64,000 nucleotides of DNA, from contig NC_042999.1 in assembly GCF_006345805.1 (NCBI RefSeq), positions 139,748,001 through 139,812,000 of the forward strand, given 5' to 3'. Every line of letters starts with the position of its first letter. The first letter of the stretch is position 1. Source of the stretch: Octopus sinensis. Its lineage: Eukaryota. This document shows, one piece after another, positions 1 to 12,651 of this stretch. The notes beneath the pieces are model-generated. The model had not been told where the DNA came from and searched no databases. It saw only the letters and a program-made list of their open reading frames with translations. A program made the translations under genes and the position numbers.

Positions 1-1626
1 AGCTCTAGTAATCGCCCCGCTTTAAAATATATAGTAAGATAATTTAGAAAATAATGTGAAAGGATGCCAACAATGAGAACAAAAATAGAAAAGAAACTTT
101 TTGGATCTTGCAACTACAAAGTTACCCCCTTATCGAACATGCTTTATGGGCTCAAGGAATAGTTACTATGACCTTCCTATTATCCAAGATTCATTCTTAG
201 CACAGTATGATTGTATCGAAGTTAGTAGATCAAGCAAACACACAGGTACCCAAATTTAGACATCGGTAGGCAGCCCTCATGATTAAGCTACAAGATGGTG
301 AGAAAGAGTAATGAAAACAATAGAAAAGTGATTGGCTTCCTTTCGAATCAATAAGAGGGACTGAAACACTTGCCAGTAAACGAAACATTCTCAATACTGG
401 CGTTGCAGAGAAGAATCGAACCATGGCACATGTACCGGATGATTATGAAACAGTTTGGGAGGGGTTGGTGGGTGGATAGAAATTAGACAATAAAGATCGA
501 GGAAACAACATAACGTAAAGAGAAAATATCTTAAATATTGAAATAAATCAGTCACTAAATATGGTGTATAGCGATTGCTAACTAGCTCACCTGCAAAAGT
601 AGCATAGACTTTTTTTATTTCCGTAACTTACTCCAGCCATTCGTTTGCAAGAACATTACAACCTCTGAAGTTGGATTATAAACCATTTTCACTCTAACTT
701 GCTCAAACAACCGATGCATCCTTGAACTTAACATAAAAGACGAGGGAGCCTTTAGTCACTTAACGGTACTAGAAATAAGTCAAACCCCTCCAACTCCACT
801 CCTACAAAAAAAACAAAAAAACTTGACTAATACAGCAGTGTAAACTTCAGGCAATCTACTGTATGTGTTCCCGACGGGGACACACACAGGATGAATCCCG
901 AACGAGATTCGTGGAAAATCCGAAGGTGAAGACACCAATGCAATTTGGTTAAATGCCAATATAATTTAATAGTGTATTTAATGCGGAATTCGACCAATGC
1001 CAGAAAGAATTAGGGGCGACACACAAATATATATATATCCTAGATAGTTTGTACCGCACGCTTGCAGTGTGACTGAGTAGATGCTTGTCAGTAGCAACAG
1101 TTACTGTTCTACTGCATCCTGCCACCCTTGATGTTGAATAGTGGAAAAAATATCAAGGGTAGCAGTTTTGTGATGGGAGCTGAAGTATATTATTAAAATA
1201 TTCACAGTTCTTCAGATTAATGAAAAACAGCACACGCCACTTAACCTGAAGTGCATATACAAAGAAAAAATTTATATATAAACATCTTCCAACTCGGCAC
1301 TGTCGATATATACACACCAAACTACACACAACTAATTTTCTAGTTAGCAATAAGTTTAGTATGATTTTACAGTTGATTAAAAACAGCCGAAAGCTGCTGT
1401 GGTAATTATTGCAGTTACGTGTTTTAAAGATACATTGACTACATTGTCTGATGAGGGAGAAAAAGATTCAACTTACGATACACCCTAAAACCCCGAGTAT
1501 TTATCACTTATTTACATCTATATTTATAACAAGCTTCAGCAACGTGAAAGTTTCTTTCGGGCTTTTATTAGTGAGTAGCTTGTTTTCTCGCTGTCAACTC
1601 CACATAGTGATGAGTGATTTGAACAA

Positions 1627-1895
1627 AATATCTAGATCCGCACCCGGTGGAAAAAATGGAAACTAAAATGTGTAACAGTTGTAAGGCATCGTATATTGAC
1701 GGAATAAGACGGAAAAAAAGCGCGCTGACAAACGGGGTTGGGGGTGGGGGGCTCGGGAAATTCCCAGGATCAACCGTAGAGGATCATGGAAAAAAATATG
1801 TGTAACAGGTGTAAGGCATCGTATTAACTAGTTGGTTAATATCTAGATCCGCACCCGGTGGAAAAAATGGAAACTAAAATGTGTAACAGTTGTAA
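1627..1895 (+). repeat. 58-bp perfect direct repeat (1627-1684 and 1838-1895) with a partial third copy near 1799-1825
   Basis: AATATCTAGATCCGCACCCGGTGGAAAAAATGGAAACTAAAATGTGTAACAGTTGTAA occurs twice. Confidence 0.9.
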
Positions 1896-3294
1896 CCAAC
1901 TATAATCCTTTTTATAAAATGTTTCAAAATTGCAGTAGAAAAAAGAGCGAGGCACTTTATAGTGTTAAATAAATTGGTCAAGAATGTTCGAAAATTGTAG
2001 TGAGAACAACGTATCTTCATACACGACAAAACAGGAGCAATAATAAAAGGAGCGAAGCGAAAGAGACATGTTCAACAATGTGTAATAAATAAAAGTAATA
2101 TTTGCCCGAGGTGGTGGAAGTACTGAAAATTAATCAGTTTAAAAATTTCTACAGTCAATTTCAAATGTTTAAACAATACTATAATACAATAACATTTACC
2201 GATTTGTCTAAGTGCAAGCTAGGAAGGTATTTCAAGTGAATGAACTTTGAATAGGGTAATAAGAAAATGATTTGGAGTGGTAAAGAATGTCCACAGCGAG
2301 TAAAATATTTAGCTTGGTACACATACAAGTGTTACACTTCAGTTGTCGCTTTTATGCAGTTGTAAACTTCTTAATCAGCTGAAAACTTTCCCATTGTTTT
2401 TCAATATATTCATTTTAACATAGGATCCAAATCGGGATTACATACTACCATGCTAATAAAAATCATAGAATATAATCACTAATCGCTGTGGTCCAGGTCA
2501 GTGCTTATCACCCAGACCTTTGATAAGATTCCAGACATGACTGACTGTTCCATCTTTTATCAGTCTAGGATTACATTACCGGCCGTACACTCACTCAACA
2601 GAATACAAGAATATCTTATACAATACATATGCCATTCAAATTCCATAAAGAAATTATTGCATTTCCAATGTGTATGTTTTAAAAATAAATTTTTAGTCAT
2701 AAAGAAAAACTTTTGTTTATATTTTGTTGTTTAATCCGATATAATAGTAACTCAAATTCTTTTTAGATGATACACAAAATTTGTTTCGAAGCCGACAAAA
2801 TAACCAGAATCATCACTATTATAATTGGATCAATCAGTTGACGCGTTATTTCGGAGATATAAAAAAACGTATTTAAATGTGTCCGGACCGTATTTTGATT
2901 TGTGTTTGACTGTAATAGGAAGAATTGCTGCATTATGTAATTTGAGGAATGCTAGGAGCAGCTCAGAAGACCATGTAGAGAGGTTCGTAGGCTCCATTAT
3001 CTCAATGTATTAACAGGTAAATGAATAATGGGAAAGAAGCTTTCATTACTTTACCACTTGATTTAATTGAATATAAAAGAACAGGACATCGCTGTTACAC
3101 CGCTTTAACATATTTTAATTATCAAAATACAGCCACGAAAAGATAATGATGAATGTGAGAAAGTACATGAAATGTTTGGAGCCTTTCAATTATTGAACCA
3201 ACCATTAATTAGTATTACAGTTTGAGCATTAACAAAACCGTCGTTTGCAAGAAGTAAATAAAACGGGGGGAAAAAAAGAATGCCAATAAATCAA

Positions 3295-3306
3295 TGCGCA
3301 TGCGCA
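3295..3306. promoter_or_regulatory. Perfect NRF1/EWG-type palindrome TGCGCATGCGCA
   Basis: Exact consensus in a CpG-rich patch. A second near-match, TGCGCATGCG, lies at 8688-8697, about 100 bp upstream of V4. Confidence 0.5.
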
Positions 3307-3480
3307 TGGAAGGCAAGCCAAGTTCCTACAATCGATAAATCAAAAGAAAAATAACGGACGTTCGTAAACACTTGTAATACCTTAAATATAAGAATCGCCG
3401 ATATATGCAGAACATGAAATATTAAGTAGAATCCAATAAAGCCTAGTTTAAGACACTCAAGTGGTAAAAGAAAAACTTAC

Positions 3481-3855
3481 TTGAGGAAAAGGAAACTCCA
3501 AAGAGGCCTTACCACCGTAGAGCTTTTTACTGTCCCGAGCTCTAAAATCAATTTTAGGGAAGATAGTTTGAGCAGGTGTCCATGGGAAAATAGTCGGAGC
3601 AGGATTTTGAGGGCTAGGTTCTCCATCTTTAAAGTGTCTAGAGCAAACGCGATGATGTTTTTTTGGACCATCCCAGTTGTCACCACGTCTTACTAGCTGC
3701 GTCCAAAGTTGACGCATGTACGGATCTTTCTTGGCAGTAGGAAAGGGGAAAAAGCGAACACCACGCATGAATGGATAGAGACTAACATTCTTGCGCGAAT
3801 CAGAGCTACACTGATGTACAATACACCACCACTTTGCTTTGCAAGTAGGCTCCAT
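3481..3855 (-). CDS. Variable first coding exon V1: THAP zinc finger (125 codons)
   Basis: MEPTCKAKWWCIVHQC..FFPFP..W..VCSRHF..PAPTIFP is a complete C2CH THAP motif. ATG at 3855; the ORF-track N-terminal extension comes from a non-ATG start. Donor CAA|GTAAGT after 3481 is phase 0. A competing phase-1 donor GTG|GTAAGG exists at 3512. Confidence 0.88.
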
Positions 3856-3963
3856 ATTAAAAAAATATAAACGACACGAACCAAGCTCGTTAGGCAACCC
3901 TCCAAAAAGGCAGGCAAACAAGAATTTATGATAACTGAACGGAAATGACTATGCCTTCACCTA

Positions 3964-4680
3964 TCACGTGACGTCCAAGGGATGCAACTGCAGAAGTCGT
4001 TGACAAAATATGAAAAAAGGTAAGCAGCTAAAATATGCAAAAAATCCGAAAGTAAAAAAATAAAAAGAGAAAGAAGAAAGTAAGATATTTCTTGATTAAG
4101 AAATGTAAATATGTACGGAATGACGAAACTAAATGCGCTCGCTAAATTTGTAATTAAGCCAGGTTACACCACACGACTGATACAAGTGATATTTTTATTG
4201 TATCTACCTCAAACCGCTTCTTCGCTCCTCGTCGTCGGATTGGTTTGAAGTTGAAGATAGTTGGTACTGCGTCTGGTTTAAGTCGTTGTTTTATTTTGAT
4301 GCCCCAGTGCTTGAGTAAATTAGGGTCTTTTACATAGCAGTTTCGTTCGAAGTGATCCGAACACAAACTAGAGTATTTCGAAGGTATAAATTCTGCCCGA
4401 TTAACCCTTGATAACCATTCCTTGTATATATGTGGCCTTGTGTTGCTGTCAGGAAAGCGGAAAAAACTTCTACCACTTCCTGTTTGATTACTGCAGCCGA
4501 AAGCAACACAGTGAACCATTTGCTACCATTTAAATTTCAATCCTAAGAGTATGGACTTTTTCCTCTTTTTACATGAACTGCTGTAAATCTTAACTAACAG
4601 AGATCACACAAAGATGGCGACAGTGTTGCACTAAAGTGATGTCATTACGAGTGGGGAGGTTACTCCGGAAATATCCGGAA
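3964..4680. promoter_or_regulatory. Promoter-type motifs upstream of V1 and V2
   Basis: TCACGTGA E-box at 3964-3971; YY1-type AAGATGGCG at 4611-4619; paired TCCGGAA (ETS-like) at 4664-4680. Confidence 0.4.
4208..4519 (-). CDS. Variable first coding exon V2: THAP zinc finger (104 codons)
   Basis: MVHCVAFGCSN..FFRFP..W..LCSDHF..LKPDAVPTIF is a canonical THAP including the AVPTIF box. Putative donor GAG|GTAGAT after 4208 is phase 0, of moderate strength. Confidence 0.88.
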
Positions 4681-4781
4681 ACGTACGAAATATAGTTATG
4701 GAAAAAAAAGGGCAATCGTTGAAATTATCATGCAAACATGCAACGATATTTGACAATTAAACGAGTATTAATAGAATTTAC

Positions 4782-5234
4782 CTTTAACGAGTCAAAGCCT
4801 GTACGCTTTAGAAAATTGTTTAACCATCCTTTACTAGCAACAAAAGGTTCGTAACTTCCACCCTGGTCTTGAACAAAACGCTCGTAAATAGCCAGTGCTT
4901 TGTCTCTAATACATATCGTGCTGAGGCTAAACTTCTTGTTTTGTAGTTGTTTCGTTATCCAAGTTCCAAGCACCTTTTCAGTTCTTTTTAACGCGGTATT
5001 CCCTATCCTGGTTACCGTTCCAGAAAACGGCGAGGAGTATAACACGGAATTCTTTATTTTGTCAGCATTTTTTTTGATTGAACGAATAGTGCTCTCTCCA
5101 ACACCGAACATACGGCCTAATGCAGATGAACCTTCTCCAGATTCGGCCCGTCCAAGAATCTCTAACTTGGTCTCTAATGTCAAATAGGTTCGTTTACGTT
5201 TTGTGAAAGAACTAGAAGCCGAACGTAAAGACAT
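4782..5234 (-). CDS. Variable first coding exon V3: Tigger/pogo-type CENP-B-like double HTH DNA-binding region, no DDE domain (151 codons)
   Basis: KRKRTYLTLETKLEIL..SALGRMFGVGESTIRSIKKN and FVASKGWLNNFLKR match TIGD/pogo N-termini. Donor AAG|GTAAAT after 4782 is phase 0. Confidence 0.85.
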
Positions 5235-6727
5235 GTCGCGGTGATAAACATATGCAAAAACAGACAAAAGGAGGAAAATGCAAAACACAAACAAGTAACC
5301 GGCACGATAGACTAACTTAGCAGTGGTGTTCTAAATCTAGGAACGCTAGATAACCAAGCAATCTAAACTTCTTTCCCACAAGGCCACACGCGCCAACTGA
5401 TCTCTCTTTCTCTCTCTCTCCTCTCGTCTTCCACTCATTCCCACCTCCCGCCCCGAAATAAAACCAACATTTCACATTACAGCTAAGAGAAAAGCAGGAG
5501 ATACAAAAATCAGATACACTCACTAAATCGCATTATCTAAATTCGCATTAAAGATGGTGGCCTACAAAGCTATCTCCCGTTATTAATTTTTTTCTTCAAA
5601 TATTTACAATCTTATATATTTCTTTTAAGCAAAACTGAATATTTTAAAAACTGAAATGTCAATAAAAATAAAATATAAATTAACAGAACAACTCTACCTG
5701 GATGTATCTTACGTTACCTGGGTATGCATAAACTTACATCTATACAACAATGTACTCTTAATGAACGCAGTAACTATACCCCGAATGAATATCCATTTCC
5801 ATTTATTTTTCATTTCCTATTTTTTAAAAATTTGACTTGTAGAATAACTTGACTAACAACGATGATAGAGTACTCATTAAAAGAAGATAGCCTGCTTCTT
5901 ATATGTAATATTTAAAATGCCAGACAGTTTGTACAAATTTATATATACACACACATACATCCATACACGAAAGCAACCACCTTTAAGCAGATCTTGAATT
6001 CAGTCTCTACTACTTATGACGTACAGCTTGACCCCCCACCCCCATCTATTACAGTAGTGGTTGAGCACTTCAATTTCAGGGTGAATAGGCTATTCCAGAG
6101 ATGTTAGAATTATCTATATATTTACACTTAAACTTCGTTTGAAGATTTAGATAAATACATCTGTTTAATACAGTACACTTCTATTGGCAAAGAAAAAAAA
6201 AGTATCATAATAGTGTTTGCTGCTCTACATGCTTTAACAGCAGCTAAAATTTGAACGTCCAAATAAAAAATTTACAGTATCTACTGAATGCATTCTCATG
6301 AGATAGATGTTGATGATGAATCTAAAAATATTAGAATTGATTGAAAGGACAGGAATTCTGAAAAAGCAGCCTAAAATAAAATACTTTCTTAATTCTGTCT
6401 ACGAATAATGAGTCATTCCATTACAAAACAGGAGTAGAACGTAGGCGCCTAACACAAGCATGTTGACAGTGGTCATCACATATACATGGAGCGGCTGTAA
6501 CTTTTTCTTCCTGACGGCAACATCACTGAATTTTTACTAGAAGCTGTTTCTTCGTCGGCTAAAGTATAGTTGGTATGGAATCTATGCCATAGACCTAATT
6601 TAATACGGATCAAGCTAGATAGATTGAACATAGACGGTGTTTTGAAATTACAACTAGTCTTACGGACAAATTCAATATAGATCTCAGATTTATAAAAAAA
6701 AAAGACGCGGAAACTTATGACGGTAAA

Positions 6728-6926
6728 CGCCATCTTTCCTTAACAACCACGGAGAACACAGCAGGTAACCATGGTAACAAGGAGCTTGTATTTATTTTGC
6801 CAACCTATTTTCTATAAATGTGAAAAACAACGGTGGGGTGAGGTCAAAGAACTACACAAACACGAGGTCCCAAATGCCATTTCTAGACTACTTTGTCATA
6901 GACGTAAGGGCGTCATAATGACGTCA
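6728..6926. promoter_or_regulatory. Candidate promoter/non-coding first exon: YY1-type CGCCATCTT plus CRE TGACGTCA
   Basis: Motifs at 6728-6736 and 6919-6926, with a minus-strand donor C|GTAAGA at 6663. Confidence 0.35.
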
Positions 6927-8251
6927 CCAATTTGCGCAAAACGTCATTTAGAAAAAAGAAAAAGAAGCGTTCAGCGTGCAATATTCAATGAAATTAAGCA
7001 AAGACTAAATCAAATAGTTCATGCTTTTTGAGTCTACTTAGTCTGGAAGATTATTTCGGAGCTGAAGGATTACTGCGCCAAAAGAGAATAAAAATCAAAT
7101 TTCGATTTGTGGCGAGCACAAAGCAGAATGAACATCACGAAGACAAACTCATTTGAAAAACTAGTCAATCAAGATTGTACTAGAACAGAATTTTCAGGAA
7201 AGTGATTAGTCAGTGAACCTATATACGCACGCAAACAGATCAACCCATCGTAATGGATTTGCTTTAGCGCCACAACAGACGATTTAATAAATCGTCTAAA
7301 ATGTAACTTGTAATTTGAAAAGGCCAATATTTTAGCTTCGTAAATGAACTAACCTATAACCCCCCCCCCCAATAATTCTTGCTTAATTATGCAGAATACC
7401 CGGATAAACTACAACGAAAGCTTTAATATAGTATACTCGTTCGCTTTCAATAACAATGATGTGAGTTGTAAAACTTAATATTGTATTACACTTTCCTACA
7501 TATTTTCAACTTAACTGGTGGCAATGTACATATAAATATTAAGTGTATGAATGTATGTTTCATTTGTATTTATAATTAAAATCTTAAATTCAAACAGCAG
7601 CATTTAAGTTTTAAGAAAGGAAGGAGAATAGTAATGTATTTATTGAATAACATATTACATTTTCATTCAGGGTCAAGTAGCGGGGTATCGACTAAACCAC
7701 TCCCCTTCATATTTGCTGGCTTTATGTTAAATAAAATAACTACTGTGTTAGGGTATTCTGCAAAAGTAATCGACAATTATACAAGACATAAATCAGCTTT
7801 ATAGGACAAGTAATTAAATCTAAGAATTTAAACAGATAAGGAAACTTTATGAGGTATGGCACATCCCTTGCAAAAGATTTTAAGAGGAAACTGCGAAGTG
7901 GATCGAGCCAATTAAAGGAGCTTCTGTGTGAAATAGCAGCCACATCTATAGGCTAATGCAATCTAACCAACTTATTTCTCTAAATATTATGTGCAGCAAT
8001 TAGTAAATTTTACACTTTATTGTAAGTCGGTGGCTGTCACTATACTGCCTATTTAAAGTTAATGATGTGAGCCGCATATTTTCTAATTATAAAACTAGAT
8101 AAGCCCTTTACATCAAACACAAGGTACAGAGAAGTATATGACAAAAATAAAGTTGCGTAACTGATTAAAAAGAAAAATAATTTTCCAAATGAAATCCCTG
8201 ACTTAAAAATGGCATTACATGATCGTATAACTTGGAACCCAACAAACTTAC

Positions 8252-8587
8252 AATGACATTATCAGGATATCTCGTGGCACTGTTGTTTACAGCGTTGAAA
8301 CGCTTCAGTCTTTGTTCGGTAACAAAGTTAGATTCATCCTGTGGCCTTGGCGAGAATATTGTAGGGACATAATCAATACTGGCTGTATTACGAACGGGGT
8401 ATCGGCTGTGGAAATGCAAGCCACATATACGGTCGTTGTCGCTAGCAATCCAATTTGGCCTGTTTATAGCATTTACCCACAACTGACGCCGATGAAGGTT
8501 TCGCGGGAATCTATGCAACCGCAAGCCGAGCTCAGAATTTTCTTTGGTAGCCCTTACTTTACAACCTACCACAACACAAGATGGCAT
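8252..8587 (-). CDS. Variable first coding exon V4: THAP zinc finger (112 codons)
   Basis: MPSCVVVGC..LHRFP..W..ICGLHF..DYVPTIF. Donor ATT|GTAAGT after 8252 is phase 0. A strong acceptor (..catactctag|tcATG) lies 2 nt before the ATG. Confidence 0.88.
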
Positions 8588-9931
8588 GACTAGAGTATGA
8601 AATAATACGAATAATAATAAAGAAAAAAAGTGTTAGGATACAAAAATACTCTAGCGAAGAATAGAGATATGTCGGCCAAATAAACGATGCGCATGCGTTA
8701 ACTCCCACCCCTGCTTTTTATAATGTACTCTCTTGCTTATTTGGCACAAACTTCCAACTACTCTCGATACACAAAACACGTTTACCTATAGGATTCAAAC
8801 AAAAATTGAGCTACAAAAAAAAAAGCATTTGAATTCGTTTACATATATCGATAATTATTTTAGTTTTTAATTTCAATATTCACACCATTTGGAGATTGAA
8901 AAGAGATAAAGATCTGAGACCAGATTCATAAATCCAGGAATATGCATGGTGCTTCCAAACATCATAAACAAGCAACTAACAACGGAACCGGTAATCAGTT
9001 GCGCACGTGTACATGAAAAGTATGCATGACGTTCATGCCTGTCTCATTAGCATCAGTGATATATGTAAACAAATTTACACTGCGATGTGAAACTATCCCG
9101 CAAACAGTTAGACTAAAGAGTGAACCAGTGACGTAGTTGATTACGATTTATCTAATATATATTTCTTTACTACCCACAAGGGGCTAAACACAGAGGAGAC
9201 AAACGGATTAAGTCGATTACATCGACCTCAGTACGTAACTGGTACTTAATTTATCGACCCCGGAAGGATGAAAGGCAAAGTCGACCTCGGCGGAATTTGA
9301 GCGTAGTGTTTTTATATATATGTGTCTAAAATCGTGAAGTAGGAGAGAGAGTAGTAAAGTGAAGGGAGAGGAGAGCACATAGTAATTCAGTGGAGAAGTA
9401 GTAAGAGTAATAGCGCTGACCGAGAGAGAGTGAGAGAAAGGAAGTAGCAAAGAGTGCGTCGTGTATCTTGTTTTCTCCGTCACAACATATGAGAAAGGAA
9501 GGTGTGAGAAAAAAATCAGCGTTTCAACTGTGTGTATGTAAAAGGGAGGTATGTGAATGTTTGTGTGCAATGGAAATGGGATGGTGAACTTGAGTTTATG
9601 TGTGTGCATGTACAAGGAAAGTATGAGAATGTTTGTATTTGTGATTATAATGTATAAAGTACTACAATTAGCCGTCATTTTTGACGACACGGGGTCAGGC
9701 TAGTATAGTTATAACCAGTTTGTTGCTAGTTAAAAAAAAACAACTTCTTAAGGAAATGAAAAATTAAACTGAACATCTGTTTTCTTTGTAAAATATTTGG
9801 AAGCTTTTCGACCCATCTCCACATTTCTCGGATTCTTTTTTGACAAATGAGAGAATAACGACACTTCGTTCTATTTATACAGAATCATTTAAAAACAATT
9901 CTGGACAAAATTCAATACTTATAATACACAC

Positions 9932-10324
9932 CAATTTTTTTCTTGTTAGCAGCATGCGATCCAGAGTTCGTGAAATGCATCCATCACTTACAAGTGGTTT
10001 TTGTGGCAAATTCAATCTCATACCCTCATTTATCTTCCGCAAGGTGATAGATGGGTTGTTGTTTATTGCTTCGTACAAGTAGGCACGCATCTCATCATCA
10101 ACTTTCACATTGCATCTACCGCCTTTGAGTAATGCTTCTCGTTTGCCCGTTTTTATATAGTCTAAAATTATTCTGCTTGCAGTCTTTAGATTAATGCCCA
10201 TGGATTTAGCAAAGTCCTTGTAGTTCGATCCACGATCATAACAATCTATGAGTTGATTGCGTGCGGCGTTGGACACGGGCGGCTTCTTTGTTCCACGTCC
10301 GCTGGATGCGGCTTGCCGGGGCAT
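9932..10324 (-). CDS. Variable first coding exon V5: Tc1/IS630-type tandem HTH DNA-binding region, no DDE domain (131 codons)
   Basis: VSNAARNQLIDCYDRG..FAKSMGINLKTASRII..GGRCNVKV..NNPSITLRKI..VSDGCISRTL..LTRKKL matches the paired-like HTH N-terminus of IS630/Tc1 transposases. Putative donor TTG|GTGTGT after 9932 is phase 0 (weaker). Confidence 0.78.
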
Positions 10325-10350
10325 TGCAAAAATCACTCTTTATCAAAGCT

Positions 10351-10440
10351 GTCACGCAAATGTGTGCTCACTTTGAAATCTCTATTCTCATTTTGAAAGT
10401 CACGTGCGCTCACTTTGAAAGTCACGTGTGCTCACTTAGA
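10351..10440. repeat. Short tandem repeats (about 22 bp, GTCACGTGyGCTCACTTTGAAA) directly upstream of V5
   Basis: Three clear copies and one degenerate copy. Confidence 0.75.
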
Positions 10441-11163
10441 CTTACAAATACGATTTAGGTAAGGGTAAGAGGAGGTGAAAGACGTAAAAAGCGAGATCCC
10501 CGACTACTTACATGTTTTCAATATAGTTGTGATCGCTTTAAACACACCAAGGAGAAAAAACCTCAAAAACTGTGTTTTCGATATAACATCACCACCAACT
10601 ATTAAATTATTTTACTGAGTCTGAGACAAAGAACCAGAATTATACTCCCCACAAATCTTTGTATATTCTCTAACCTACTTCAGACAATAGTTGTTTCCTA
10701 TTTTACTAACTCGTTAAAATTATTCAAAAGTAAACGTGTAAAGCCGAAACGGAAATGACGAAATGTATATAGTTTGTTTAAACTAACAAGAACACACTTC
10801 GTAAAATTTTTCTTGATTTTCAATAAACGCTAAAATAGGAAATTGAACAAAGGCACTCTAACCGCGACACTCCAGTCAACATATCGTAATATAATTTATA
10901 TGAAAAGTATTTCCTTTTATTTTATTAAAACGTCTATTGAACGATATATTGATTGGACAGTACGGCTACAACGCTTTAGGTTAATGCCTAAAAACAGCAG
11001 TAACTGAAAAAAAAAATCTTTTTTGAACATGTTCTTGTCGCGTATAAACTATGGATGTTCCGCCGTTTCGACGTTAGTAACCAAGGAAACGACTGTGGGT
11101 TTACCCACTACTTTCGCACCCCTCCACCTATCTCTCATTCATACACGTTAAGAAATACTTTAC

Positions 11164-11340
11164 CTTAGCAACATTGCCAGTACTAGCACGTTTCTGTCTT
11201 CTCCTTAGTGCAGACGATCTCATTTTTTCTAAACGTCTGCTCCTTTTTTCTGCAGTTTCTCTCTCTCTCCGGGCCCTCTCTCTCAATGCTTTTGCAGCAC
11301 GACGTTCCTCGTCGGTGGCATATTTCTTTGGCCTTCCCAT
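11164..11340 (-). CDS. Variable first coding exon V6: basic helical peptide with GRP (AT-hook-like) and ETxExRxxRL (STPR-like) motifs (59 codons)
   Basis: MGRPKKYATDEERRAAKALRERARRERETAEKRSRRLEKMR.. Donor AAG|GTAAAG after 11164 is phase 0. The family assignment is by motif resemblance only. Confidence 0.6.
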
Positions 11341-11699
11341 TAGTTGACGTATACGGCGGAGGAGAATTAAAAACTTCCCGTTTGACAAAAGGTTTTTAAA
11401 GGAGATTAAGAAATTCACAAGTTGACAGCTTTGATACTGACCGTTTAATTTAGTCAGAAAACAGAATTGTTAATTTGTTTATTAAATTTTACAATTTCAT
11501 AGATTAACAGATGCAGTGTGTGTTTCGGGCACATACACATTCAATCCATTACGGCATTACTATATTAATTCGGTAAAGTACGTTCATACTGAACTGAGTG
11601 AAAGTTGTCCAATCCCAGCAGTTAGAACATAGCAGGTATTGGAAGTAAGGGCGTTAGTGTTACTAAAGGTAGTAAGTAATTAGTAGTGGCGGGACACCG

Positions 11700-11800
11700 T
11701 CGTGAACAAAGAGACATGGCGGCAATAGCCACGTGATATGATCTCCGCTCCAGTATTAGTTCAAAATGAGGCAACTAGTCTGTCACGTGACGTGTGAGGT
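11700..11800. promoter_or_regulatory. Candidate promoter upstream of V6 with E-boxes
   Basis: GTCACGTGAC at 11782-11791 and a second CACGTG nearby. This is the last CpG-rich patch before a long CpG-poor stretch. Confidence 0.35.
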
Positions 11801-12520
11801 TTGGGCACATACACTAACAGAACTTCACGTAGAATGCACAGGTGAGAGAGGCGGTGATGAAATGAAAACTGATATAAATAATCACAACTAAAATTGCTAC
11901 CGAATTTGTCGTTGACAACCCGTCATTATAAATATTGAGTAGAAAAAAAAGTCCCTTATCTTTATCACATTAAATAAAACAATTGATGTGCTGAGATAAT
12001 GAAGTTATTTTCGTATCCCTTATGAAATAAAAGATCTACAACGTCCATATTCCCAGATACAGTTGCAATTGTGTACCTTATGTCCTTCAAACCTACACTA
12101 GCCAATAATAAGTGTCGAGACATTACTCAATAAAATGTCACTTCCACGTTGACAACTAAAGGTACCATACATAATTCATCTTGGCTCAGTCAACTGTAAA
12201 ATGTGTTTAATTGCATAGAGATCAAATATGTTATATCTAGTAACATTAAAATATATTTTTGTACCCCATGATACACAAAAACATTACACAATCCCAAACA
12301 ATTCAGTGATAATATAACAATGAGTGTATAATTTAACGTCTGCTTTGCCGTGTTACCAGGAGTCAGATGGAATTTGTTGAGGTAGATTTTGTGGCCAAAT
12401 GCCCTTCTTCATGTTTCCAAGCAAGGAAATATTTTGTCATAGGTGACAACCTCACATGATGCTTATTTACAACCATCATGTGAGGTCTAGACAAGGGTAC
12501 ACACACGATGCGCTTCTTTC

Positions 12521-12651
12521 AGTTTCCATCTACCAAACACACAAGAGGCTTTGATCGACCCAAGGCGAAAGTAGAAGACACTTGCCCATGGTGTAGAGCA
12601 CTGGGACAGAACCCAAGACTGAATGGTTGGGAAGCAAGCTTCTTAACTACA
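12521..12651 (-). mobile_element. SINE 5' fragment; similar fragments at about 13600-13770(-), 25388-25520(+) and 38200-38375(-)
   Basis: The shared core GACACTTGCCCA.GG / TTGGGCAAGTGTC. Confidence 0.65.

Noticed and set aside
230-424. Minus-strand ORF MVRFFSATP.. with a perfect GCCATGG context
   Set aside because: No recognisable domain and no strong phase-0 donor; cannot be supported as an exon or as the constant region.
6476-6733. 85-aa ORF starting in AAGATGGCG
   Set aside because: No domain; its only strong donor is phase 1. The ATG is part of a YY1-type motif, so a non-coding leader is more likely.
9217-9690. 157-aa minus-strand ORF
   Set aside because: Non-ATG start; built from low-complexity purine/GT-rich DNA and a SINE fragment.
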